IMG/VR virus record: IMGVR_UViG_3300032040_000017
Coordinates: 1 to 46,021 of that record
Length of the DNA stretch: 46,021 nucleotides
Direction: 5' to 3' (one strand)
Source: a virus
Taxonomy: Duplodnaviria > Caudoviricetes
Of this stretch, positions 1 through 8,797 are shown piece by piece. The position numbers and the translations under genes are program-made. Each line of letters opens with the position of its first letter. The stretch's first letter is position 1. Under the pieces are notes generated by a model. It saw only the letters and a list, made by a program, of their open reading frames with translations, was not told the origin of the DNA and did not search any database.

Positions 1-163
1 CAGGCTCAATGCGTAGTGTGCGAGTGCCATCCTGTTTGCCATGAGAGCGGTCACAAACAGTAAGCACTTCACTCCTAATGTCTCCAAAAACAACATCCGG
101 GTTTTCCCGGTTTGCCCACATCATGCGGCCACCACAGCAAGGGTCTAGGATTTTTACTGACAT
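1..163 (-). CDS. Phage SAM-dependent methyltransferase, N-terminal part (runs off left edge; not in ORF track)
   Basis: ATG at 163 preceded by AGGAG; translates MSVKILDPCCGGRMMWANRENPDVVFGDIR...TLRIEP; ILDPCCG is a class I SAM-binding motif I typical of phage MTases. Confidence 0.8.
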   Translation of the reverse strand, partial: MSVKILDPCCGGRMMWANRENPDVVFGDIRSEVLTVCDRSHGKQDGTRTLRIEP

Positions 164-1101
164 GATTCCTGCTCCTGCTTTGCTGGAGTTGAGTGTAGTG
201 GGCACAGCCTCCACGCCTGCTCAGTCTCTCCGCAGCAGCAATCTTGGAGACTACCGACACTGGCATTGCTCAGAGAATTCCGTAGCGCTTCGACAAGTTC
301 GCGCACCAATCCACATGAGATAATCATGTTGGAGCTGGAAAGAATTGGATCTTTCGCTGTCTGATAAGCAGACTCTGTGCCAAAAGGCTCAGGCACTGCG
401 GCGCTGGGCTGTTGTGAGTCAACTTCCCATCCTTTATGTAACGAAACTTCGTCAGCGTAAGACTCACAAATACTGTTTTGGCATTGCTGAAAAATCTCTA
501 CTTCGTGTGTCCCGCAGTTGGCGCAATTCTTCCAACTTTTCGGCACAACGGAGCTGGGATGTTGCGCTCCGTTCAAAATTTCATTTAATTCAGTTATTGC
601 ATCAACTCGGGTTTGCGCGAAAAGCTCATCAACCCCATAACACCCCCATCGGACAGCTAACTTTGCTGCAAGCTCTAGAGGCACCAACGCCAAGCCATCC
701 GGCACCACGGCGCTGGGCTGTTGTGAGGCGAGTTTCCGCACTTGATTTATCAGCATGAGACAACGAATCGCAAATTTAGCAGGCGGAAACTCTTCTTTGT
801 TTTCTACTGCACAGCACAACTCAAGAGCTTTATCTGCCAACCCCACCGGCACCACGGCGCTGGCTGCTTCCAGTTCAGCCACTCGCGCCTTTAGACGGTT
901 GTTCTCGGCTTCGGTTTGCTTAACTTCATCAGGCAACGCAAACAGGAACTCTCTTTTTGTGGTGTCGCTACCGCCACCTGGATATCTGATATAGAACCCT
1001 CCGGCGATAAATTTATTTTCCCCAAGAACATCAACAATGATTGGCGTTCCATTGCCGCTAAGTGAACTCATAAATAACATTTTGACTGGATAGCTGTTCA
1101 T
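154..1101 (-). CDS. Mosaic hypothetical early phage protein (Ead/Ea22-like modular type)
   Basis: 315-aa ORF coupled to neighbours; segments separated by SAVVP-type linkers; CxxC and Cys-rich modules. Confidence 0.7.
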   Translation of the reverse strand: MNSYPVKMLFMSSLSGNGTPIIVDVLGENKFIAGGFYIRYPGGGSDTTKREFLFALPDEVKQTEAENNRLKARVAELEAASAVVPVGLADKALELCCAVENKEEFPPAKFAIRCLMLINQVRKLASQQPSAVVPDGLALVPLELAAKLAVRWGCYGVDELFAQTRVDAITELNEILNGAQHPSSVVPKSWKNCANCGTHEVEIFQQCQNSICESYADEVSLHKGWEVDSQQPSAAVPEPFGTESAYQTAKDPILSSSNMIISCGLVRELVEALRNSLSNASVGSLQDCCCGETEQAWRLCPLHSTPAKQEQESCQ

Positions 1102-1466
1102 GATTCTTGCTCCTGCTCAACCCAACCACACGCCACACAAAGAGCGTTATTTAATTGAGTGGCCAGGTCCGTATCGTCTATTTCCGGCAGAGTCCTGTCG
1201 TCGCCGTGGTCGTCGCTTAGCTCAACCCAGGCCGCACCATTTTCCATGCACAGCCTGACCTCGAAGCCTTCTGGTAGGTGCTGGCAGATCGTGTTTGCCA
1301 CATCTTGCAGCAATAAATCATGTTCAGGCACCACGGCGCTGGGTTCAGCGTTCAGTCGCAAACAAAATTCTCGGCATTCGTTCCAACTTTCGACACGAGC
1401 AATTGACTCGGCGCTTTCCGGGTCAGGCTCATCGTCAAGAATCATCGCCGCAGGCACCACGGCGCT
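392..1466. repeat. Dispersed 14-bp repeat GGCACCACGGCGCT (6 copies)
   Basis: Exact copies at 701, 848, 1327, 1453; two-mismatch copies at 392 and 542; all encode S(A/S)(V/A)VP in frame on the minus strand. Confidence 0.9.
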
Positions 1467-1844
1467 TTGCGTATCACTTGTGCAAGACAAACCGCGTTGT
1501 GTCGCATAATCAGGGCTTTGTGAGGAACAAGCTGCGCTTTCATGGGCTACGGCGCGGGCTGCTTGCCACAAATCCAGGGCTTCGATCTGCGCCCGTATGG
1601 CTGCGGTCGGGTATTGGTTGGCCGGCGGTAGGATGCCGTTCTCTTGAGCTTCGGCCAGGTCATCCAGGGCGTCGGTTATCATGTCGAAATCTGGCGTAAC
1701 TAGGCCGTTGCAGGCTTTCGCAGCTGGCAGTTCAATCCGGGCCAGTCGCTGCAGTTCGCTTACGATATCGTCGACACTCATGCTGTAGCCATTTTTCATG
1801 ATGTGCATGCCTTGTGCTAAGCAGTTTCCTGTGTACTTGTTCAT
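1098..1844 (-). CDS. Mosaic hypothetical early phage protein
   Basis: 248 aa, ATGA overlaps at both ends, two SAVVP linkers, ends EQEQES like the downstream gene. Confidence 0.7.
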   Translation of the reverse strand: MNKYTGNCLAQGMHIMKNGYSMSVDDIVSELQRLARIELPAAKACNGLVTPDFDMITDALDDLAEAQENGILPPANQYPTAAIRAQIEALDLWQAARAVAHESAACSSQSPDYATQRGLSCTSDTQSAVVPAAMILDDEPDPESAESIARVESWNECREFCLRLNAEPSAVVPEHDLLLQDVANTICQHLPEGFEVRLCMENGAAWVELSDDHGDDRTLPEIDDTDLATQLNNALCVACGWVEQEQES

Positions 1845-2137
1845 GCCGTTGCTCCCGCGCTGTCTCGCATTCTTATTTCGGCTTCACTATTGCAGCAAGT
1901 GAAGCACCCCCGGCCTCGGCAGTCGGGACAGGTTTCAGTTATTTTCTGTGACTCGTCACGATTCTTACGAACAAGATCAAGCAGGTACTCGGTCTGGTCC
2001 TCGTAACCATCAGCGGTTGCGCCGCCTTGAATCATGCTCCGCTCCACTGCGCTCAGTGACAGCGACATAACAGCCATGCCCATTTCGCGATACTTATCAC
2101 GCTGCTTGCGCTTTCGATCTTTGACGCTCACCGGCAT
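1841..2137 (-). CDS. Hypothetical protein with C-terminal Cys cluster (possible RHH plus Zn finger)
   Basis: Basic N-terminus RKRKQR, CPDCRGRGCFTCC motif, coupled to neighbours. Confidence 0.65.
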   Translation of the reverse strand: MPVSVKDRKRKQRDKYREMGMAVMSLSLSAVERSMIQGGATADGYEDQTEYLLDLVRKNRDESQKITETCPDCRGRGCFTCCNSEAEIRMRDSAGATA

Positions 2138-2139
2138 AA

Positions 2140-2619
2140 CTATCCCCCAATCGCTGCGAAATTTGGCAGATCGCCTTCGGCTTGCTGGGCTTCTACTTCA
2201 TCGCCGCCCAGAACACGCTCGACATGCTTTCGCGACACGACTATCTCGCCAATACCGTTCTCCCGGTACATGATTTTCATGGCCTCAAGCGACTGCTTTT
2301 GTGTGCGTGATATTTTGCGGCCCGTGAGCCCTTCGATTTCAACTTTGGTTAGAAACACAGGCTTTTCCTCTTTTTGAGTTGCGCCATTAATAAGGCTCGA
2401 CGGATCCACGCCCAGCGCTGCGGCCAGTCGGACCTGGTTCTTCGGTCCCGGCAGTGACTGGCCATTGCAGTAACGGCTAATTTGATCCCGCGGGATACCG
2501 GTAGCGGAGGCTAAGCCGGGTTGGTTCAGGATCTGCTGCCACATCAGCTTGCGCAGTGCGGCCGCAAACGCGGACCGGTGGGCGCCCCGTTGATTCTGGT
2601 ACAGCGTGCTCTTGCTCAT
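2140..2619 (-). CDS. XRE-type HTH fused to DUF4224/excisionase-like domain
   Basis: N-term LNQPGLASATGIPRDQISRYCNGQSLP (Cro/C1 HTH); C-term FLTKVEIEGLTGRK...Q...GEIVVSRKHVE resembles DUF4224. Confidence 0.7.
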   Translation of the reverse strand: MSKSTLYQNQRGAHRSAFAAALRKLMWQQILNQPGLASATGIPRDQISRYCNGQSLPGPKNQVRLAAALGVDPSSLINGATQKEEKPVFLTKVEIEGLTGRKISRTQKQSLEAMKIMYRENGIGEIVVSRKHVERVLGGDEVEAQQAEGDLPNFAAIGG

Positions 2620-3176
2620 GCGGCCAGCTCCTTCATTGATTCATCCAAGTCGGCGTTAATTTCGGCCCATTCGCGTCGGCGCAAGGACGAGTCGATGCTC
2701 AGCCAGCCAAGGCCTTCGCACACCCACTGGCCGACACGTTCGTTGTCGGGCTCCCAGCTGGCGCCTCTGAATGTGTGCGTCAACCAGCCCACGTCTACGA
2801 TGTGCGCTGTCTTCACGCCTTCGAGTAAATACTGAATCAGCCAGGCGTTCAGCTTCGGGTCTGAAAGATCTGATAACGAAAAATCGCGGCAGGTCATGGT
2901 GACCGACTCGATGTACTCGACGCCGTCAGGCGCTTTGCACAGCGCCCTGACCCCGATGATCCAGTCGGCTTGTTGCCGATACATGAGGGCCTGCGTTTGC
3001 TGGTCAACGGGTATCCAGGACCCCATCACTTTCATCTTTGCGCGGGTGTGCGGCGCATTCTCGATTTGAGCCTGAGCCTGCCAGGTCCACGCTTTCATGT
3101 GACCGGTCATGCGCCGGGCCTGATTTTTGGCGCTGAACGATTTGCGGACCTGCTTACTTTGCTGCTTACGCGACAT
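2616..3176 (-). CDS. Hypothetical phage protein
   Basis: Start moved to ATG at 3176 (MSRKQQ), overlapping the upstream stop; ATGA overlap downstream. Confidence 0.65.
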   Translation of the reverse strand: MSRKQQSKQVRKSFSAKNQARRMTGHMKAWTWQAQAQIENAPHTRAKMKVMGSWIPVDQQTQALMYRQQADWIIGVRALCKAPDGVEYIESVTMTCRDFSLSDLSDPKLNAWLIQYLLEGVKTAHIVDVGWLTHTFRGASWEPDNERVGQWVCEGLGWLSIDSSLRRREWAEINADLDESMKELAA

Positions 3177-3519
3177 CAATAATAATCCCCGTGTCGACGT
3201 TGCGATCCCATAGCTGAGTCGCAAGCCGCGTGCTCAGTGTCGTCGGCACCTTAACGTCACCCAGGTCTTCGTAACGGACTACCTGAAACCCCGTAGGCCC
3301 CAGTTTTTCGTCAAGATGCTGAAGCCCGGCTGGGAAGGCGAGCTCAGCTGCTTTGATAAAGGCGCCTTCTTCGCGGTAAATCATGTTCGTTAGCGTATCC
3401 ACGCTTTCTCCGAGAACACGGCAGGCCTTGGACAGCGCAAACTTGGAGCGCTCGCCCATTAGCAGCAATTCGTGTTTCTGGTCGTTGGTGAGTCTTCTTC
3501 CCAGGTGCTCGCGGCTCAT
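3166..3519 (-). CDS. Hypothetical phage protein
   Basis: 117 aa, GAGGTG RBS, ATGA coupling. Confidence 0.65.
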   Translation of the reverse strand: MSREHLGRRLTNDQKHELLLMGERSKFALSKACRVLGESVDTLTNMIYREEGAFIKAAELAFPAGLQHLDEKLGPTGFQVVRYEDLGDVKVPTTLSTRLATQLWDRNVDTGIIIDVA

Positions 3520-4679
3520 GCTGCCACCTCGCCTTCGTTACGATCCACGGTGATCCAGTCCACGCGGGTGTTGCCCGGCCCTTCGATGAACGCCCGAAAC
3601 TGCGCCTCAATATCCGCTTCATCCATGCCAGCGGGCAGGGTAGCGGTCATGGTGACGGTCAGAGTGAATCGCTCGGACTGCCCTTGTGACTGGGGCGCCT
3701 GAGCTTCTGGCGCTGGCTCTGGCTCTGGGACCGCGTGGCCACCATGGTCAGGGTATGCGTCGTCGGCTGGGCTGGGCTCAAGCTCGTAAGCCGGGGCGGC
3801 GTCAATGGACAGCTGTTCCTGGCGCTGCTGCTCGGCCATTCGTTCGTAGTGGATCTGCTCCTGGCGCGTCTGCTCCTGGCGCGTCTGCACCACGGCGTGC
3901 AGTGCGTTTTGAGCCTCGCGCTCCTGGCGCTGCTCTTCGGCGCGCAATGCGTTTTGATGCTCGCGCTCGACCGTTTGCCGAATCTTGGCCTCGGCCTGGC
4001 TCTGGCGCTCGACTTCAACGGCTACCAAGTTCTGCAGCTTGGCGGTGTAAGTGTCCTCGTCCGCTTTCAGGAAGTGCTCGACGTGTGTGCGCTCCAGGGG
4101 CGAAGATAATCCGGCTTCGTAGCTTGCGGCGGTCAGTTTTAGCAGGCGGCGCTCTACGTTTTGCTGAAGCTGCAGCTCGGCGTTAACGCGATCCGCCACA
4201 GCCTGGACGGCTTTGTTGGTTGCGCGATTCGTCGTGGTCAGGCTACCCAGCTTCACCAGATCCGAGATATCGGAGGCGGCGGCAAAGAACTCTGCCTGAA
4301 TCTCTGCATCGGCCCTGAGTCGATCCCGGCGCCCGGTCAGGTCTGTGCGCAAGTCGTCCAGTCGCACCTGGTCGAAGCGGGCTACTTGATCCAGAATCTC
4401 TTGGCGGCCGGCGGCAACTAACCCAACGCACTCTTTCATCTGGTCGTCAGCGAGTTTGATCGGCGCAGAGACATACTTGATCGCATCCTTGCGCTGGGTG
4501 TCCAGGAAGGTTTTCATCGCGTTCAGCTCGGTGGCCGTTTCCTTGGCCGATTTTACGGTTTCCAGGGTGACGACCGTGCGGTACTTTTCGAGCTGCAGTT
4601 CAAGATCGGCTTTGAACGTCTCGTAGTTGAAGGTCAGGACAGCGGGTGTTTGCGTAATTTCCGGGCTCAGGTTGCTCAT
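3516..4679 (-). CDS. DUF1351-like coiled-coil protein of the recombination module
   Basis: TPAVLTFNYETFK...AKETATELNAMK N-terminus typical of DUF1351; lies next to exonuclease and annealase. Confidence 0.7.
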   Translation of the reverse strand: MSNLSPEITQTPAVLTFNYETFKADLELQLEKYRTVVTLETVKSAKETATELNAMKTFLDTQRKDAIKYVSAPIKLADDQMKECVGLVAAGRQEILDQVARFDQVRLDDLRTDLTGRRDRLRADAEIQAEFFAAASDISDLVKLGSLTTTNRATNKAVQAVADRVNAELQLQQNVERRLLKLTAASYEAGLSSPLERTHVEHFLKADEDTYTAKLQNLVAVEVERQSQAEAKIRQTVEREHQNALRAEEQRQEREAQNALHAVVQTRQEQTRQEQIHYERMAEQQRQEQLSIDAAPAYELEPSPADDAYPDHGGHAVPEPEPAPEAQAPQSQGQSERFTLTVTMTATLPAGMDEADIEAQFRAFIEGPGNTRVDWITVDRNEGEVAA

Positions 4680-5557
4680 GCGGGTACACCTTGTGCGAAT
4701 ACGTTGATAGCGGGTTTCTTAACAGCGGGCTTGGCCGCAGGCTGCGGGGCGTTGACTTGATCGCCCATGCCGACGTGTATCTCGGCCGCCAGGATTTTCT
4801 CGCGGCAGAAATCGACGTAGCGATCAAACGCTTCCACGTCGGCTTCCAGAGCGGCGATGTAGTCGTCATCGCGTTGAACGTGGTGCAAGATCAGCTCGCG
4901 GCCCGCGTCTTTCAGGTCGGGGCAATAGAGCCCGTAGTGCCACCACTTGCGGCCGGTGATCCACATGCCGCCCTGCATTTGGTCCATGAACTCAGACAGG
5001 TCGTTCTCGATGATGACCTGGCGCATACGGGCCGGATCCACCAGACATTTATATTCGGATCCGCCGTCGGGCATAATCAGGCCGTCAGCGCTGGCGCCGA
5101 AGCGGCCGTCGAGGGTGCGGACAAAGCCGGCTTGCTCGATCATGATGCCGATGCGCTCTTCGTGCAGGCGCCGCGCCTCGGGCTCCAGGTCGTTACCGCG
5201 TTGCATGGCCCAAGTCGTAAATCCTCCGTCCAGCGGCTTGCCAGTGATGCGCTCGACAGCCAGGCGAAAGGCGTAGTCTTTGGCGGCGCTGGTGTAATCG
5301 CCAATCTTCTCGCCGGCGAGTGCGCGCTCGATGCGCTGGGATTTGGGTGCGGCCTTATAGCCTGCTTTCTTCATGGCCTCGGCTTTGTTCAGTTCCAGCT
5401 TTCGAATGGCATACACGTAAATCGACATTTGCTCGGTGAGCCCGTCGACGACCTTGCGCGTTTCACTGAACATGCTGGCTGTAACGGTACCGGCGCGGGC
5501 GCCGTGCCATATCTTGTCGCCCTGGTCGCATTCCACAATCTCAAAGTGGTTCTTCAT
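4676..5557 (-). CDS. YqaJ/lambda-type exonuclease
   Basis: WHGARAGTVTAS, AMQRGNDLEPEAR, GASADGL...EYKC, QMQGGMWITGRKWW motifs. Confidence 0.9.
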   Translation of the reverse strand: MKNHFEIVECDQGDKIWHGARAGTVTASMFSETRKVVDGLTEQMSIYVYAIRKLELNKAEAMKKAGYKAAPKSQRIERALAGEKIGDYTSAAKDYAFRLAVERITGKPLDGGFTTWAMQRGNDLEPEARRLHEERIGIMIEQAGFVRTLDGRFGASADGLIMPDGGSEYKCLVDPARMRQVIIENDLSEFMDQMQGGMWITGRKWWHYGLYCPDLKDAGRELILHHVQRDDDYIAALEADVEAFDRYVDFCREKILAAEIHVGMGDQVNAPQPAAKPAVKKPAINVFAQGVPA

Positions 5558-6408
5558 TGTGCGGCTCCCTTGCTTGCGGCGACGGTGTTCAGGTGCTGCA
5601 TGGCCCCTTTAAAGCGGCTAGTGGGCAGGTGGGCAAGGCTCTCGATTTTGGCAGCCTTGCAGAACTTCTCTGCGCTGGTACCCGCTTTGTCGATGGCGCC
5701 TTGCAAAGCGTTACGCTGGCCGTCATTGATGGCGCCCGGCTGGCTCTGCGACTGATCCGGGGCAGAGGCTTTGCGCTGCTCGGCCGCTTCCTGAACGCGG
5801 GGGTCCGGACCCTTTGCCGCGCCGGCGCCGTCGTCGTCCATGCCTTTCACCGCAACGCCCGTCGCGGCCAGCAGTGTGTAGCGGCGCAGATACTCGGTTG
5901 TTGAACCAATCGCCTGAATCGCGTTCTTGCCGCCGGAGTGGTCGGATGGGCCTTGCAGGTGGGTTTCCTCGGAGTGGCCCAGCTCGTGAGTGAGGATGCA
6001 GGTGACCAGGATCCAGCCGTCAGGCAGGTTCTCGGTGCGCCAGCGGTAGCTCAGGCCCACGATGCTCAAGGCTTCGCCCAGAATGTCGCAGATGTTATCC
6101 AGGGTGGCGTGGTCATATTCGGTCTTGCCGCCTTTGCTGGGGAACGAGACGTGCTTGTTCTTGTGAATGTCGGGTTTGCTGCGCTTAAAGGCGTTCATGG
6201 CCACCACAAACGCTTTGCGCGCTTCGTTGGCTTCCCAGCGCTCTTGCAAGGCCAGCAGCTTATCCAGGTGCTCGACGGTGCCATTCTTTAGCGCCAGTTC
6301 CACCATTTGAGCGGGGATCATGACCTGGGGATGGGCTTCGCGCTGGATGGCAGGCGCTGCGTCGGTCTGCTCATCGCGGGGTGAGTGGCTAACAACGGCG
6401 TTACTCAT
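5554..6408 (-). CDS. ERF-family single-strand annealing protein
   Basis: KNAIQAIGSTTEYLRRYTLLAATG..DDDG ERF signature; start moved to ATG 6408 behind GGAG. Confidence 0.88.
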   Translation of the reverse strand: MSNAVVSHSPRDEQTDAAPAIQREAHPQVMIPAQMVELALKNGTVEHLDKLLALQERWEANEARKAFVVAMNAFKRSKPDIHKNKHVSFPSKGGKTEYDHATLDNICDILGEALSIVGLSYRWRTENLPDGWILVTCILTHELGHSEETHLQGPSDHSGGKNAIQAIGSTTEYLRRYTLLAATGVAVKGMDDDGAGAAKGPDPRVQEAAEQRKASAPDQSQSQPGAINDGQRNALQGAIDKAGTSAEKFCKAAKIESLAHLPTSRFKGAMQHLNTVAASKGAAQ

Positions 6409-6754
6409 ATTCTTTCTCCAGGGCACGTTTAAAGGTTTTGGCGGATTCATCAACGAGCGCCAGGGCCGCGCGCTCGATCAGGATTGTGAACGTGGGACCG
6501 CTTAGCGAGGGGTGGCTCATGCTCAATAGCAGTGCAGCTCTCAGACTCTCACTGCTTTCAGTGCAGATCCGGTCAATCACATGGTCGAAGTCCAGCACTG
6601 GGCGGTTGTCGATGCGCAAGGTGGCGCCGGCGGACAGCTTGGCGGCTAATTCTGAGCGCAGGGTTTCCCACTGGCGCTCGACCCAGTCGTCAATATCAGC
6701 CAGACGGCCCAGTTCTTCGGCGTGGTAATCGGCTTGGCGCTCAGCGTGCCCCAT
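6401..6754 (-). CDS. Hypothetical phage protein
   Basis: Start moved to ATG 6754 (MGHAERQ) behind GAGGAG. Confidence 0.65.
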   Translation of the reverse strand: MGHAERQADYHAEELGRLADIDDWVERQWETLRSELAAKLSAGATLRIDNRPVLDFDHVIDRICTESSESLRAALLLSMSHPSLSGPTFTILIERAALALVDESAKTFKRALEKEYE

Positions 6755-7085
6755 AAGACAACTCCTCTTGCGGGGCCATAGCAGCGCGCAAGCTGAACAT
6801 AAGCTTGTGGCGTTGCTGAAGGCGGGGGGACTGGGTGTCGTCGGGGCGGACATAGCCGTTGACCAGGCAATAGGTCAGCACGCCAATGCCGCTGTGCTGG
6901 CCGGTCTTTTCGCGCAGGGCGCGCCGGTGGCTCTTAACCGTTTCGGTTGAAACATTGCTAAGAAAGGCGGCTACGTCCAAGGGGTGACCCTGAATCCAGC
7001 TGATGAGCTCCCGGGTTTCTGCGGCGCTAAAAAAGCCACCACTTTCTACCCAGTAAGTTTTATTGTGCAGTCGTATTTGAGTCAT
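6741..7085 (-). CDS. LuxR-type HTH regulator, first gene of leftward early operon
   Basis: VAAFLSNVSTETVKSHRRALREKTG LuxR-like HTH; GGAGGG upstream. Confidence 0.7.
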   Translation of the reverse strand: MTQIRLHNKTYWVESGGFFSAAETRELISWIQGHPLDVAAFLSNVSTETVKSHRRALREKTGQHSGIGVLTYCLVNGYVRPDDTQSPRLQQRHKLMFSLRAAMAPQEELSYGAR

Positions 7086-7111
7086 ACATTGATCCCTCCA
7101 TAGGTCAGGAA

Positions 7112-7156
7112 AGTAATGTACGACTCATAGGGCGCTATTGCAAGTTATAGTTTACT
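7112..7156 (-). promoter_or_regulatory. pL-like sigma70 promoter with two operators
   Basis: Minus strand TTGCAA(7143-7138)-17 bp-TACATT(7120-7115); AGT-N8-ACT boxes at 7112-7125 and 7143-7156. Confidence 0.7.
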
Positions 7157-7177
7157 TAAAGGTGGGAAAATGTGTAA

Positions 7178-7366
7178 TTAACCCGCTTCGGATTCCTCAA
7201 TCAGATCTTGGGCGTGAATAACTAAATGGTGCCCGCTCCTGGCCAGGATGGCGCGTACATGCTCGCCGTCAGAGTCCGCCAAGTTGTTCGGGTTCGAGAG
7301 GTAACTGAAAATTATCTCGGCGTCTTGTAGCGCTACTTTCAGCGCGCAATTTAACGTTGATGGCAT
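7178..7366 (-). CDS. Small hypothetical protein downstream of repressor
   Basis: 62 aa with AAGGAAG RBS. Confidence 0.5.
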   Translation of the reverse strand: MPSTLNCALKVALQDAEIIFSYLSNPNNLADSDGEHVRAILARSGHHLVIHAQDLIEESEAG

Positions 7367-7512
7367 TAGGCTTCCTTAATAGCAATGTATGTCAAGGCTG
7401 TATATGTCCGCTACACATGAGCGGACCGAGCAAATACTACACGACTCAAAAGGGGGGGGTGCGGGAAAAGAAGGCAAAAGCTTGCAGACCGCAACAAAAA
7501 AAGAGGGGGGGG

Positions 7513-7551
7513 TAGCTGTTAACCTCTCAATGGGATAGAGGTTAACAGCTA
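7513..7551. repeat. Perfect 15-bp inverted repeat at the 3' end of cI (possible terminator)
   Basis: TAGCTGTTAACCTCT-9 nt-AGAGGTTAACAGCTA. Confidence 0.7.
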
Positions 7552-7890
7552 GTCAATCATGTGGCTAAAGTCATCAATTAGGTCAATAATTTGACGCTTT
7601 CTACGCTCTGGCAGGGCCGCAAACCGCTCTATCATCACGCCGACCTGGCGATCCGTGAGCGCGTCGTCGGTCACGCCGTCCAGCAGCAATACCGACGGGT
7701 GCAGTTTGAAATAACGGGCTATCGACTCAACAGTGGACAGCTTTGGGCTGACGGGTGAGGCGTCAAATTCTAAATTAGAGATGGTTTTCTGAGACACGCC
7801 GGCGAGCAGCGCCATTTCGCGCTGACTCTTTCCCTGCAAGGCTCTAAGGCGTTTTACGTTGTTCGCTAGAACAGCCTGGGTTCGCTTCAT
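7549..7890 (-). CDS. CI-like XRE repressor (no S24 peptidase domain)
   Basis: KSQREMALLAGVSQKTISNLE HTH; divergent from cro-like gene; ATG 7890 preferred, 7917 possible. Confidence 0.8.
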   Translation of the reverse strand: MKRTQAVLANNVKRLRALQGKSQREMALLAGVSQKTISNLEFDASPVSPKLSTVESIARYFKLHPSVLLLDGVTDDALTDRQVGVMIERFAALPERRKRQIIDLIDDFSHMID

Positions 7891-7976
7891 TGAGGTAAAG
7901 TCCTTTACCAGATGCATTCGTTTAACCCTTCCTTATCTGTCTGCCGTAACGCGGCATTTATCGTCGATCTTCCATG

Positions 7977-8037
7977 AGTCGAATTTTACTGGTTGCACTG
8001 AGTAATGTGGGGTGCGTATAGTGAGTGATACTTTACT
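7977..8037 (+). promoter_or_regulatory. pR-like promoter flanked by operators
   Basis: TTGCAC(7993)-18 bp-TATAGT(8017); AGT-N8-ACT boxes at 7977-7990 and 8024-8037. Confidence 0.65.
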
Positions 8038-8056
8038 TAGTTAGCAGGTACATACA

Positions 8057-8287
8057 GTGCGCAGCAAACACATAAAAATACTGGTGGCCGGGTTGAAAGA
8101 AGCCCAGCAGACGCCTCGCGAGTGGACAGGGATCGCCAGCGATTCCGGCATTTCGCGCTCCACAATTGTAAAAATCGCCGCGGGCGAGAACACCGGCATC
8201 AAGATCACCACGTTCGAAAAACTCTATGAAGCTCTGGCACGCCGTGGGCATCTGAGTAGCACCTTTGTCTATGAAGTTGCCGCTTAG
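8057..8287 (+). CDS. Cro-like HTH protein
   Basis: 76 aa, WTGIASDSGISRSTIVKIAAG HTH, divergent from repressor. Confidence 0.8.
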   Translation: MRSKHIKILVAGLKEAQQTPREWTGIASDSGISRSTIVKIAAGENTGIKITTFEKLYEALARRGHLSSTFVYEVAA

Positions 8288-8590
8288 TTTCGCCAGTTAC
8301 AAAAGTTTACACATACCCGGTTTGGGTGATTTTACACAATAGAAACAGCGCCCGGCCGGGGCGCAATGAATTCCGGCCCCCGGTGTGCTGACTGAGCTGG
8401 GATAAGTGCAGGCCGGGGTAGGGACCGGCTCAAAGATATCAGCAGTGGCGAAAACCCAAAGGATTAATTTCTCCTCCGCCCTGGGGAAGCTTTCGCACTG
8501 ACACAGGCATAAAAAAAGCCCCGGCGAAAAGATCTGGAGGGATCAACCGGGGCTTTACACACGCTACCTAGCGATAACGAAGGATCCATT

Positions 8591-8797
8591 ATGCAAAATT
8601 TTCTCCACTCCTGCAAACGCCGGCTCGATCTGTGGCGCATCAATCGCGATTGCGCACGGATCCATCGGCAGGCTTTACGCAAAGCAAGGCTCCGCTATGA
8701 CACGATCCCGCTCAGAGATGCTCACAGTTACCGCACGTTGTGCGATCTCAACGAGCGACGGGCTACAGTTGAGCGCGCCAGGGGTCGCCAGGCATGA
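8591..8797 (+). CDS. Small hypothetical protein
   Basis: AAGGA RBS, ATGA overlap with replication gene. Confidence 0.55.
   Translation: MQNFLHSCKRRLDLWRINRDCARIHRQALRKARLRYDTIPLRDAHSYRTLCDLNERRATVERARGRQA

Noticed and set aside
392-1466. CRISPR-like reading of the 14-bp repeats
   Set aside because: Repeats are too short, spacing is irregular (126-479 bp), they are in-frame coding, and no cas genes are present
4691-5755. 354-aa plus-strand ORF
   Set aside because: Antisense shadow of the exonuclease and ERF genes
8340-8470. tRNA-like element
   Set aside because: GC stems are present but no T-loop GTTCRA or cloverleaf is recognisable
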